NCBI GenBank assembly: GCA_965222605.1
Contig: OZ244960.1
Location: forward strand, 864,001 to 928,000
DNA length: 64,000 bases
DNA from: Candidatus Latescibacterota bacterium
Lineage (GTDB): Bacteria; Latescibacterota; UBA2968
Direction: 5' to 3'
Below, in pieces: positions 1 to 9,425 of the stretch. The notes below the pieces were generated by a model. That model had not been told where the DNA came from. It saw nothing but the letters and a program-made list of their open reading frames with translations, and searched no databases. Position numbers and translations under genes: made by a program. Each line of letters opens with the position of its first letter. Positions within the stretch are counted from its first letter, which is position 1.

Positions 1-407
1 TAATCTTTGCGCTTATCACAGCCCTGCTCTGGGGATTGAGCACCACCATGCTCAAACCTGCGATGGCACATCTCACCAGTATTCAGGCCAACAGCGTGCG
101 AATGCCGCTCGTAGCCCTGGCATTATTTGGTATTTGGCGACTCAATCAGGGACGCGGCAACCTGCGCGATATCGGATGGCGCACATTTGCGCTTATTGCC
201 GTGACCGGACTTGTAGGCATGGGCCTCGGGTCTTTCTTCTACGTCGAAGCCGTTCTGTTCATCGGACCGGCCAAAACAGCAACACTGACATCTGCAACAC
301 CCGTTCTCGCACTTATTCTCGCCGTGATCTTTCTCAAAGAACAAATCACGCTCCGCATTCTCACAGGAGTTGCCCTCTGCGTGGCTGGCGTTCTGCTCGT
401 GCTTTGA
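1..407 (+). CDS. DMT/EamA family transporter, C-terminal part (5' truncated by window)
   Basis: Hydrophobic multi-TM sequence with the EamA-type motif IGPAKTATLTSATPVLALILAVIFLKEQIT; the frame is open to the window edge. Confidence 0.85.
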   Translation, partial: IFALITALLWGLSTTMLKPAMAHLTSIQANSVRMPLVALALFGIWRLNQGRGNLRDIGWRTFALIAVTGLVGMGLGSFFYVEAVLFIGPAKTATLTSATPVLALILAVIFLKEQITLRILTGVALCVAGVLLVL

Positions 408-496
408 TCCTTAATTGCACAGTTGACAAAGAATTACATTATGGGACCTCTTGGAAACCCAGTAAACAACCACGACAGCTAAACACAGGAGCGACT

Positions 497-1168
497 ATGG
501 ACGGCATTCACGACATGGGCGGGATGCACGGATTTGGTCCCATCGTGCGCGAAGAAAACGAACCTTTATTTCACCACTCCTGGGAAGGCCGGGTACTCGC
601 CATATCCGTAGCCACACCTGTACCGATCCCAGGAGGCTCCCGCAACAATATCGAAAACATGGACCCCGCGCACTACCTCTCGTCCAGCTATTACGAAAAA
701 TGGCTATATTCCCGAATCAAAGGGCTGATTGACGCTGGCGTGCTAACTCCGGAAGAGATGGAAACGCGGATGGCACTCTTCGAGAACAACCCCAATGCCG
801 AAACTCCGAAACATCCCGATCCCGATGCCGTCAGAGCAGAACTCGTGCGATCTCGCCCTGCTAATCCACCCCAACAAAAAATGGATATCCAGCCGCAATT
901 TTCCAATGGCGACCGCGTAAGAGCGCGCAATATCCACCCTGAAGGCCACACCCGGCTCCCCCGATACGTACGGGGCAAATACGGCACCATCACCAATTAC
1001 TACGGCATCGACAATCTCCAGGACGCCGAACTGCCCACAGGATGTACAAATCGCCAGCAACCCTTATATGCCGTGCGCTTTGAAGCCTCCGAACTGTGGG
1101 GTAATGCCGCCGAAACAAAAAGTGTCGTCTATCTCGACATGTGGGAAAGCTATCTGGAAACGGCTTAA
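497..1168 (+). CDS. nthB: Nitrile hydratase beta subunit
   Basis: Canonical N-terminus [14 protein letters not shown] at ATG 497 after CAGGAG; also [18 protein letters not shown] and DMWESYLE. Confidence 0.97.
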   Translation: MDGIHDMGGMHGFGPIVREENEPLFHHSWEGRVLAISVATPVPIPGGSRNNIENMDPAHYLSSSYYEKWLYSRIKGLIDAGVLTPEEMETRMALFENNPNAETPKHPDPDAVRAELVRSRPANPPQQKMDIQPQFSNGDRVRARNIHPEGHTRLPRYVRGKYGTITNYYGIDNLQDAELPTGCTNRQQPLYAVRFEASELWGNAAETKSVVYLDMWESYLETA

Positions 1169-1197
1169 TCATCCTGAATCAAAAAGGATTTTTTGTT

Positions 1198-1800
1198 ATG
1201 AACAATCTTCAAGCAACTGATCAAACCGAGACTGCCCTGCGCACCAGAGCACTCGAATCGCTTCTAATCGAAAAGGGTTTGCTTACAACGGAGGTTATAG
1301 ACGAAATCGTAGAAAAATACGAAAAAGACGTAGGTCCCCTCAACGGCGCCAAAGTGGTTGCCCGCGCCTGGACCGACCCGGACTATAAGCGACGGCTAAT
1401 AGTAGATGGCAGAGCGGCTATTGCCGAACTGGGTTTTGACAGTGCACAGGGTGCCAAAATCGTCGTACTGGAAAACACATCAAGCGTCCACCACCTCGTC
1501 GTCTGCACCCTTTGCTCCTGTTATCCCTGGTCCATGCTCGGCTTGCCTCCGAGTTGGTACAAATCCTACGCGTACCGCTCTCGAGTCGTGCGGGAGCCAA
1601 GAGCCGTCTTGCGGGAATTTGACCTCGACCTACCCGATTCCGTAGAAATCCGCGTCTGGGACAGCAACTCGGATCTCCGCTACATGGTCCTGCCCGAACG
1701 CCCTGCCGGTACAGAAGACTATACTGAAGAACAACTCATTCCACTTGTCACGCGCGACTCAATGATCGGCGTGGCTAAGATCGAATCGCCTTCAAAGTGA
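1198..1800 (+). CDS. nthA: Nitrile hydratase alpha subunit, cobalt type
   Basis: Metal-binding motif [10 protein letters not shown] (Thr...Tyr is the Co-type signature); also [12 protein letters not shown] and [17 protein letters not shown]. Confidence 0.97.
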   Translation: MNNLQATDQTETALRTRALESLLIEKGLLTTEVIDEIVEKYEKDVGPLNGAKVVARAWTDPDYKRRLIVDGRAAIAELGFDSAQGAKIVVLENTSSVHHLVVCTLCSCYPWSMLGLPPSWYKSYAYRSRVVREPRAVLREFDLDLPDSVEIRVWDSNSDLRYMVLPERPAGTEDYTEEQLIPLVTRDSMIGVAKIESPSK

Positions 1801-1807
1801 GGCTCGA

Positions 1808-2158
1808 ATGACACAAAAAACCGACGGACAAATCGCCGCAATGAGAGCAAAAATCGCCCTGCCCAGAGAAAATGGAGAACTCGTTTTTCAGGAACCCTGG
1901 GAAGCACGCGCTTTCGGCCTTGCCGTTGCACTCAACGAAAAAGACCTCTACGAATGGCGAGAATTCAGCGCGGAACTCGCTTCGAAAATCGCGGCGGCAG
2001 AACAAAATAACGACCCATCGAGCTACTATGCCCGATGGGTCGCTTCCCTCGAAGAATTGGTCATTGATAGGGGCCTGATCAGCCGGGAACAACTGGACGC
2101 CAGAACAGCGGAATACGCCTCTGGCATTCACGACGACCACGATCATCACGATCACTAA
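1808..2158 (+). CDS. Nitrile hydratase accessory/activator protein (P14K/NhlE-like) with His/Asp-rich tail
   Basis: Beta-subunit-like motifs VFQEPWEARAFGLAVAL and YYARWVASLE; C-terminal HDDHDHHDH; located directly after nthA. Confidence 0.92.
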   Translation: MTQKTDGQIAAMRAKIALPRENGELVFQEPWEARAFGLAVALNEKDLYEWREFSAELASKIAAAEQNNDPSSYYARWVASLEELVIDRGLISREQLDARTAEYASGIHDDHDHHDH

Positions 2159-2179
2159 AATTTACGACCCGCAAATCAG

Positions 2180-2215
2180 AAAGGGTTACGTCGAGATAAC
2201 GTAACCCTTTTTTTT
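2180..2215 (+). terminator. Rho-independent terminator of the NHase operon
   Basis: AAAGGGTTACGT-loop-ACGTAACCCTTT followed by a T run. Confidence 0.9.
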
Positions 2216-2304
2216 ATTAGCTATCTGTTTTTGACTTTTCATCTACGTTCATCTGTGTTCATCCCTGCTTACACCCGCAGGAACATGCCTGTGGTTGCTT
2301 TTTC

Positions 2305-3186
2305 TCAACGCTCTCGCCCCGACACAAACAAATCGTAAGAATTTGACTGCCAGCCGCCATCATTCACAATCCCATCATTGGTATCTCTCAGCCATTTGAC
2401 CATGCGATCCTTCATGCGCCTGAGTACATGTTTGTATCCCAACCTGGGATCTAAATTGTGCAATTCCCCGGGATCGCTCTCCAGATCATATAGTTCATCT
2501 TCGCTACACGGATTGTAGATATACTTCCACTTTCGGGTCTGCACCATCCGAATCGTACACAGCGCAGGCTCATACCCGTGATGCTCTGCAAAAATATCCT
2601 CCCGCCAATCCGGCGGCGTCTCCCCGTGCAGTAAGGGCAGCAGAGAACACCCATCAACCTTATCGGGAATATCCGCACCCGCCATCTCGAGAAACGTCGG
2701 CATAATATCGACCAAACTCACAAAATCATCGCAAACACTATTGGGTTCAACAACCCCTGGCCAACGGATCGCCAATGGAATCTGGTGCGTCTCGTTGTAC
2801 ATATTCATCATTTTATTGAACAAGCGGTGGCTGCCCAACATATCGCCGTGATCCGAACTGTACACAACCACCGTATTATCCAATTGACCCGCTTCTTCTA
2901 AAACATATAGAACGCGCTTCACCTGATCATCAATAAACGTGCAATATCCCCAATACGTCGCGATCACCTTCTGCCAATCGGGCCATGTCAAATGACTGCC
3001 ATTCCACCTGAGCATCTCCTTTTGCTGAATACTCGGTTTATCGACAAACTGCTCGTCGAAATTGATCCAGCGCTCCACAGTATCGGGATCGTACATCTCA
3101 TCATAAGGCTCCGGCACACAATAGGGAAAATGCGGGCCAAAAAAACTGCTACAAATCATAAAGGGTCTATCGCGTTCCGTATTCAT
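2305..3186 (-). CDS. Sulfatase-family protein lacking the N-terminal catalytic region (probable deletion derivative)
   Basis: GPHFPY, NTVVVYSSDHGDMLG, SLVDIMPT and ELYDLESDPGELHNL are present; there is no CxPxR/SxPxR motif. AGGAGG lies 8 nt before ATG 3186. Confidence 0.8.
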   Translation of the reverse strand: MNTERDRPFMICSSFFGPHFPYCVPEPYDEMYDPDTVERWINFDEQFVDKPSIQQKEMLRWNGSHLTWPDWQKVIATYWGYCTFIDDQVKRVLYVLEEAGQLDNTVVVYSSDHGDMLGSHRLFNKMMNMYNETHQIPLAIRWPGVVEPNSVCDDFVSLVDIMPTFLEMAGADIPDKVDGCSLLPLLHGETPPDWREDIFAEHHGYEPALCTIRMVQTRKWKYIYNPCSEDELYDLESDPGELHNLDPRLGYKHVLRRMKDRMVKWLRDTNDGIVNDGGWQSNSYDLFVSGRER

Positions 3187-3209
3187 CGCATAAACCTCCT
3201 GATCGTTTG

Positions 3210-4451
3210 TCAATTTTTATCTCTCCGAAAACAAATCCAAAACAGAAACGCCCCCATCCCCGTAAGCACTGCCCCGGTCAGAAAAAGACTCGAATATCCC
3301 GCAACCGGGATCATATACCCACCGCCCAGAGCCATTGCCGAATAGCCCACCCCCGACATCATAGCAGTCGCACCCGACATCGCTGTACGCCAGCGCACGG
3401 GCACCAATTCCTGATGAAAAATAGCAAAAGCCGAACGGCGGAGCGAAGCCATCGCCATAATCCCCATCAGGCACAAACCCGCAACAAGCCAATTTGAGAC
3501 CAACGCCATGAAAAAAAGAAAAAGAGCCGTAACAACCGTTACCAGAACCACCGTGCGGCGAATGCCAAAACGCGCAGAAAAAAACGGAAGGGACAGCGCA
3601 GATGGAACAGCGAGCAACTGTCCCGCGGCGAGTTGCACACTAATAAGAGAAAGACTGATATTGAGTCCTTTATCCATATAAACATTAAAAAATGTTCGCG
3701 CAGCCGCTTCGCCTGCAACGTGGAGAACGGAAATCAGTGCGGTAATAACAATAGCCGCGAGCGGAAGCGCAGGCGCGTTGGGCACACCACTATTGTCCCC
3801 CGCTTCCCGCTTGCGTCCAACCCGAGCATCCTGCGTGGCGAGCAACGCGAAAATCGCCGGAATCAGACAGAGCACCCCAATAAACAACGTATAGCGGTAA
3901 ACAACGGGCTCCGCGAGTGAAACATCGAGCACATCTGCCAAATAATCCGGAACAATGCCCCCCAACATACTCCCGACAAAACCCGAAAATGGCATCAGCG
4001 CGGCCTGCATGGCAAAAACAGGATCGCGCTCAACCGTACTCGTAATACCCATCAAATAAGGCGTACCATTCACAATAAACAGCGCAATGCCCATCACACC
4101 GAGCGAATAAGTGATCAAAATAAAATAATCGCGTGTACCGGAAGAAATCAACTCCGCCTGTGAAAGCAATCCAAAACCCACCACAGACACACAAATCCCA
4201 ACAACCATCGTAAGCCGACTGCCCCAGCGCCCACCCAGCATCCCGCTGGGCAAACTGGACAGGGCAAAACAAAGCGCCCCCGTCGCATTGGCCAATCCCA
4301 CAAATTGGGTATTATACCCCAGGCGCAACAAATAGAGATTGTACAAAAGGGGATAAATCCCACCAAAAAGGACAAAACCAAACAGCGCATTAGCCATTAA
4401 ATAGAGGCGTACATCGCGGGAAAAATGCACATTTGAAAAAAGGATAGGCAT
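3210..4451 (-). CDS. MFS transporter
   Basis: 413 aa with about 12 TM segments and the MFS motif A-like sequence GMLGGRWGSR. Confidence 0.9.
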   Translation of the reverse strand: MPILFSNVHFSRDVRLYLMANALFGFVLFGGIYPLLYNLYLLRLGYNTQFVGLANATGALCFALSSLPSGMLGGRWGSRLTMVVGICVSVVGFGLLSQAELISSGTRDYFILITYSLGVMGIALFIVNGTPYLMGITSTVERDPVFAMQAALMPFSGFVGSMLGGIVPDYLADVLDVSLAEPVVYRYTLFIGVLCLIPAIFALLATQDARVGRKREAGDNSGVPNAPALPLAAIVITALISVLHVAGEAAARTFFNVYMDKGLNISLSLISVQLAAGQLLAVPSALSLPFFSARFGIRRTVVLVTVVTALFLFFMALVSNWLVAGLCLMGIMAMASLRRSAFAIFHQELVPVRWRTAMSGATAMMSGVGYSAMALGGGYMIPVAGYSSLFLTGAVLTGMGAFLFWICFRRDKN

Positions 4452-4457
4452 CTGCGA

Positions 4458-5673
4458 TCACCTGTTTCTGCCCAAACCGAGCTTTTGCCATGCCGCGGGT
4501 AGATTGTCCTTCAGGAGTTCGCTTTGCATGCGGATATGTGCGGTATCTCGGTCCGCTGTGTGTGCAGCCCAAAAAGTGCTATCTCGCGTGGTTGCCTCTG
4601 GCAGAATCACAATTTCCGCTGCCTCAAAAATCGCGGGTGGCAAATCCGTATTGAGATCATAGCGATAGCAACGCGTTGTCGCTTGCGCGGTATAATCGCG
4701 TGTCTTAATCGTGCAAATTTGACGCGCAGGCAACCAGTACTCGTTGATATATCGCGTATTTTGCTGATAAACCTGCCAGTGATCTATGCCGCGCAATTGC
4801 AAGAGCGCGGAAAAATTGAGACGCAGGTCATAGCCCACAAGTGAAAAGTCATCGCGGGCGATCCATATATCGCCAAGCAAGCCCGGCTTTTGCCCGTGCC
4901 GTGGCGACACACTAATGCGCGAAACGTGAAGATCGCCCACCTGCACCGTGGAAACGCGTTCATAGTGGTAGTGTTCAAGCGCATCGGGCGATAGGGGATG
5001 CGGCGCGATTTCAAAGGACTTATTCCCCACAGTGCCCCGTGCAGGAGTTTGCGTAAGACCTGGGGAAACACTCAACCGCCACTTGCCCCAATTGCGTATG
5101 CCCGTAATATGCTGTGCGAGACTATCGGGGGATTGGTAATAGCCTTTGATCGTGTATTCAATACCCGCAACAATTTCTTCTGTTTTGCGGTTGATTACCT
5201 TCTGGCTACTGTACGCATTGAATGCGTAAGTATGCATATTGGCGTGATACGTGTGGAGATATTCGAAGCGGGTGCTCGCGATCAGGCGGCGGATTAGCTC
5301 GGGTGCCGAGAGATCCTGCACTGGGATTTCCTCGCGCAGGAGTATAGGGACGGAAGAAAGTGAAAGTTGTAGCGTGGAAATCAAACCACGCGAAAGCACG
5401 AGGGTCGTGTCCGACGGGGCATAACCCTGGTGGCGTGCCTGGATGTGGATAACTCCCGGCGCAAGTCCTTCTATTTCAATACGCCCGTGTAGATCGGTAA
5501 TATGAACGCGGGGAAATTCGCCCGGTCGGCGGAGAACAACGGTCACATAAGGCAGGCTTGCATCGGTATCGGCATCGCGGCACTGCGCGTGAAGAACAGA
5601 TGTTGAGTCGGTCTGGGCAAGTGAGATTGAAGGCCAGAGGAAAGCGAAAAAAAAAAGGCAAAAAGAGGATCAT
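4458..5673 (-). pseudogene. Secreted carboxypeptidase-regulatory-like/DUF5686-type protein, frameshifted in a T10 tract in its signal peptide
   Basis: ATG 5673 overlaps the upstream TGA. Removing one base from the A10 run at 5647-5656 gives MILFLPFFFAFLWPSISLA-QTDST...YVTVVLRR, in frame with ORF 4458..5546. Confidence 0.7.
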
Positions 5674-6761
5674 TGTTTTTTGCCGCGCGCGAGAATATCC
5701 CACACGACTTCGACGCGATCATTGCGCGTGCCGTAGATTTGATCGTGCAAAAATACGGTCATGTCGGAATACCCGGAAATAAATTGAATTTTATCGCCAA
5801 TTTCTATATCGCTATTCGTCAGACTGAGTAAGGCGTGTTCTGCCGACAGGCCGGTTACCACAACATCTGTTCGGTCTTTGACCTCGGGCAATGAAGGATG
5901 GCTACTCGTTGTCTTGCGCCCGGCATCGGCGACTGCGCGATCGGGAGCCGCGCGACTAATAACCGTGGTAAGCACGGAAAGCGCGTGTTCCAACCCACGA
6001 ACATGGAGTCCATCGCGATAATAAGTATCCATAAAAATGCCCCCGCCAGCCTGTATCTCAGTAATACCGGGAAAATCAGGGGTAAACGCGAGCGTGCCCG
6101 TGCCGCCCGCACTGACAATACCGACGCGCAACCCCGCATTCTCGATGAGATTGCGCGTCTTTGACAATTCTCCCACAGCCTTCCTGCATGCGGCTTCTTT
6201 GGCGGCATTATCCAGAGCCATCGCGTGTCCCTCATAACCCATAATCCCCGCAAAAACCACACCGGGTGCGGCATGTGCCTGCCGTGCCAGCGCAAGAGTT
6301 GGAGCACCCGGCGGCACGCCACAGCGTTTCATGCCAACATCTACTTCAATAAGCACGCGAACATCAACGCCAACATCTGTGGCCGCGTCACTTATCGCGC
6401 GGATATGAACGGGATCGTCAACCGCCACCATAACATCTGCGCGACGGCGCAGATTGACCAGACGCGCAATTTTTTGTTGCCCAACAACTTGATTGGCGAT
6501 AAGTATATCCGAAATACCGGCATCTGCAAGCACTTCGGCTTCACCGAGTTTGGCACAGGTAATACCAATAGCACCTGCACGCAGTTGTTTGTGGGCAATA
6601 GCAGGTGTTTTATGACCCTTCGCATGGGGCCGCCAGTGCAACCCGCTGTCTCGACATCGAGCCGCCATCTTCTGGATATTATTTTCCATCTTATCCAGAT
6701 CAACGAGCAACGCGGGCGTGTCGAGCACCTGTACGGATTTACCAATAGGAGAATAAGGCAT
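5670..6761 (-). CDS. DSD1/D-threonine aldolase-like PLP enzyme (alanine racemase fold)
   Basis: LDTPALLVDLDKMENNI, RPHAKGHK, GIMGYEGH, SAGGTGT and LSAEH motifs. Confidence 0.92.
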   Translation of the reverse strand: MPYSPIGKSVQVLDTPALLVDLDKMENNIQKMAARCRDSGLHWRPHAKGHKTPAIAHKQLRAGAIGITCAKLGEAEVLADAGISDILIANQVVGQQKIARLVNLRRRADVMVAVDDPVHIRAISDAATDVGVDVRVLIEVDVGMKRCGVPPGAPTLALARQAHAAPGVVFAGIMGYEGHAMALDNAAKEAACRKAVGELSKTRNLIENAGLRVGIVSAGGTGTLAFTPDFPGITEIQAGGGIFMDTYYRDGLHVRGLEHALSVLTTVISRAAPDRAVADAGRKTTSSHPSLPEVKDRTDVVVTGLSAEHALLSLTNSDIEIGDKIQFISGYSDMTVFLHDQIYGTRNDRVEVVWDILARGKKQ

Positions 6762-6787
6762 GATGAACCTTTTAACTTTCTTACCAA

Positions 6788-7798
6788 TTACCCAAGATGA
6801 ACATTGCTATCCCGCCACTCAGAAAGCGGAGGCAAGATCCCGTCGTCAATAGTCTGGTCTCGCAACGCGGTCAGATGGGTGTAGGATTCACGCAGGGCAT
6901 TGATATCGTCTTCGGTGCCTTCGGGCATGGACCAGCTCACGCCCGACGCAGACAGGGTCGCAGGCATAGCCATCATGATATTGTCAAATCCCTCGGCATT
7001 GAGATATGCACCACAGGGCCAAGAATATGACTCCCCCAGAACGCCGCGCAGCATAAAAACACTTTGTTGTGCCGGCGATTGAAACGAAGAACGCCCCCGC
7101 AGATCGATAATGCGAGCACCGCCCCCGCGTACGTGTTCTTGGACACCTGCCCATTCATCGGCACTCATACCAACGCCATTGACCGTTTCTCCAGCGAGAA
7201 TATCCGTGAGGGGCGTGCCGTCAATCTGAATACCACCGATAAACACGGCCATCTGTTCGCCGTGCCCTCCGTACGTGCGGCAACCGGTGACTTTGCTTTG
7301 CAAAATACCAAAGTGTTGTGCCAGTCGGGTTTGCAAGCGCGTGCTATCGAGCGCGGCGAGGGTGGTCACGCGACCGGGTTCGAGGCCCGAATGTACCAGC
7401 GTGGTCAGCCCCGTGATATCGGCGGGATTAAAAATAATGACGACAAATTTGCAGTTTGGACAATACTGTTTGATATCGAGACCGAGTTCTTTGGCAATTT
7501 CCGCATTGTCGCGCCGCAAGTCTTCGCGGGTCATGCCCTCTTTGCGCGGCGCGCCCCCCGAACTGATAACATAAGATGCGCCTTCAAGTGCTTCGGCAAC
7601 ATCGGTTGTCCACGTCACATCGGCATTGGGAAAACCGCAGTGATAGACCTCCTCGGCCGCACCTTCAAGCCCCGGCGCAAAAGGATCGTACATAGCCACC
7701 CGAGACGCCGTGCCCGAAGACAGGAGCGTTTGCGCAAGGTTGGAACCAATGGCGCCTGCTGCGCCCATTACGGCAACTTTTTCATCTGTCAGATACAT
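6788..7798 (-). CDS. mdh: Malate dehydrogenase (Bacteroidota-like type)
   Basis: Starts MYLTDEKVAVMGAAGAIGS; also GGAPRKEGMTREDL, IFNPAD, LDSTRL and YGGHGEQM. Confidence 0.9.
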   Translation of the reverse strand: MYLTDEKVAVMGAAGAIGSNLAQTLLSSGTASRVAMYDPFAPGLEGAAEEVYHCGFPNADVTWTTDVAEALEGASYVISSGGAPRKEGMTREDLRRDNAEIAKELGLDIKQYCPNCKFVVIIFNPADITGLTTLVHSGLEPGRVTTLAALDSTRLQTRLAQHFGILQSKVTGCRTYGGHGEQMAVFIGGIQIDGTPLTDILAGETVNGVGMSADEWAGVQEHVRGGGARIIDLRGRSSFQSPAQQSVFMLRGVLGESYSWPCGAYLNAEGFDNIMMAMPATLSASGVSWSMPEGTEDDINALRESYTHLTALRDQTIDDGILPPLSEWRDSNVHLG

Positions 7799-7827
7799 CG
7801 ATAATCCTCTTTCATGTGATGGACTTA

Positions 7828-7857
7828 GAAAACCCCGCACTTTGGCACGGGGTTTTC
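7828..7857 (-). terminator. Hairpin between the TPR gene and mdh
   Basis: GAAAACCCCG...CGGGGTTTTC inverted repeat. Confidence 0.65.
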
Positions 7858-7914
7858 GGATTTGAATTATTTGTCTAAATACCCACTGTGGTGAGCCGAG
7901 ATGCGATGGATCAT

Positions 7915-9102
7915 TTACTCTGGCTTCTGACTCTGAAGGGCTTCGTACATCTGAAATGCTTCGGTTGCTTTTTTTACACACTCCGCCGCAACATCACCTT
8001 CCGAGGTTTCGGACTTGCGCGCATAAGCGCGAGACAATGCCGCCCATGCTCTGGCATTACTCGCTTGCAGTTCGGTTACTTTTGTAAAAGCTTCAATAGC
8101 CTTGTCGTAAGATTCTATTTTGTCTGCGAGCAGACCAAGTTGGTACCACGAATCGACATCGGTTGGATTCGCTTCAACGCTTTTTCCAAACAGATCGAGT
8201 GCTTTATCGCCTTTGTCGAGTTGCTTATACGCGATAGCGAGGTTGAACAACGCGTCCATATTATCGGGTTGTATCTCGACCACTTTTTCGAGAATTTTGG
8301 CGGACTTTTCGTAGTTCTCAGCCTGTAAATAAATGCTTGCGGCAATATTCAAAATTTTTGGATCATCACCGGCGATAGCCAGTGCTTTTTCCGCTGATTC
8401 CGCCGCACCTTCTTTGTCGCCCAGTCGATATTGGGCAATCGCCATGTGCTGCAAAATATTGATTTCTTCGGGATCAATCGCGTGGCCTTTTTTTAACATA
8501 TCAAGTGCTTCTTCAACCCGTTCGACATTCATAAGCGCGCCGCCCAGATTGAAAAAAGACTCGGCTTTTTTGGGATTGAGTTCAACTGCTTTCTGGTACA
8601 TCTCAATACCTGCTTCTGAATTGCCCGTATTGAGATGCGTAATAGCCAATCCCTCATAAGCGTCGGCTTCATTGGGGTTAATCGTAATGGCGAGATCGAA
8701 TTGCTCCATTGCAAAGTCAAACCTTTGGGCATTCATCCCCTTGACGGCCATGTTGTAATACCGCGTCCAGAGTTCTTTGCGATCGCTATCGACTTTCTTT
8801 TTCCACTTTTTGTCTGTTGCCAGATTATAGTGCTCATTCATCTCTTCAAAAAGCTCTTTCTGGCTGTATAGCCAACCCAAATGATACTGGACCTCGGAAT
8901 CGTCGGGGCGTCCTTCCGCCGCGATTATATACTGCTCCATTGCCTTATCGTATTGGCGCTGGTTGATATACAATTTGCCCGAGCGTTTGGCTACAGAAGC
9001 CTGCCCTTTGGTCACTTCTGCCTCAGTGGACTGTACGAACAGTGGCGTCGCAGCAAAGGCCAGTGCAAAGGCAACAATAAGTCCGCGTTTACAAAATGTC
9101 AT
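7915..9102 (-). CDS. Secreted TPR-repeat protein
   Basis: Signal peptide followed by multiple 34-aa TPR units (e.g. AIEAFTKVTELQ, ALFNLAIAY). Confidence 0.9.
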   Translation of the reverse strand: MTFCKRGLIVAFALAFAATPLFVQSTEAEVTKGQASVAKRSGKLYINQRQYDKAMEQYIIAAEGRPDDSEVQYHLGWLYSQKELFEEMNEHYNLATDKKWKKKVDSDRKELWTRYYNMAVKGMNAQRFDFAMEQFDLAITINPNEADAYEGLAITHLNTGNSEAGIEMYQKAVELNPKKAESFFNLGGALMNVERVEEALDMLKKGHAIDPEEINILQHMAIAQYRLGDKEGAAESAEKALAIAGDDPKILNIAASIYLQAENYEKSAKILEKVVEIQPDNMDALFNLAIAYKQLDKGDKALDLFGKSVEANPTDVDSWYQLGLLADKIESYDKAIEAFTKVTELQASNARAWAALSRAYARKSETSEGDVAAECVKKATEAFQMYEALQSQKPE

Positions 9103-9228
9103 GGAAATCTTCCTTTCTCAACGCAACCGGCGCGTTCCGGCAGCAGGTTAAATAACAATACACACCGCCAATATATGCAGTGAGCAAAATCCTGTCAAGT
9201 CTCTGTGAACCACACGCCGCTATTGCCC

Positions 9229-9414
9229 TTATTGTTCCGAAAGAAGCGTGCCGCCTCTCGCCCAGTGATCGCGCGGGATCTCTTCAATAACGATCATTGT
9301 GCCATCGGCTTTGGCATCGCAAATATTGACCATCGCATCGGTAATAGCGCTGGCGAGTTCGCGTTTTTGCTCGTGCGTGCGGCCTTCGAGCATTTTGACA
9401 TTGATGAAAGGCAT
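9229..9414 (-). CDS. 4-oxalocrotonate tautomerase family protein
   Basis: 61 aa with catalytic Pro-1 (MPFINVKMLEGRTHEQKREL) and HWARGG. Confidence 0.93.
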   Translation of the reverse strand: MPFINVKMLEGRTHEQKRELASAITDAMVNICDAKADGTMIVIEEIPRDHWARGGTLLSEQ

Positions 9415-9425
9415 GGTATCTCCTT

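Noticed and set aside
134-496. 121-aa N-terminal extension of nthB in the ORF track
   Set aside because: It overlaps the EamA gene in another frame; the canonical MDGIHD start with an RBS is at 497.
7064-7804. 246-aa + strand ORF
   Set aside because: Antisense shadow of mdh with no recognisable motifs.
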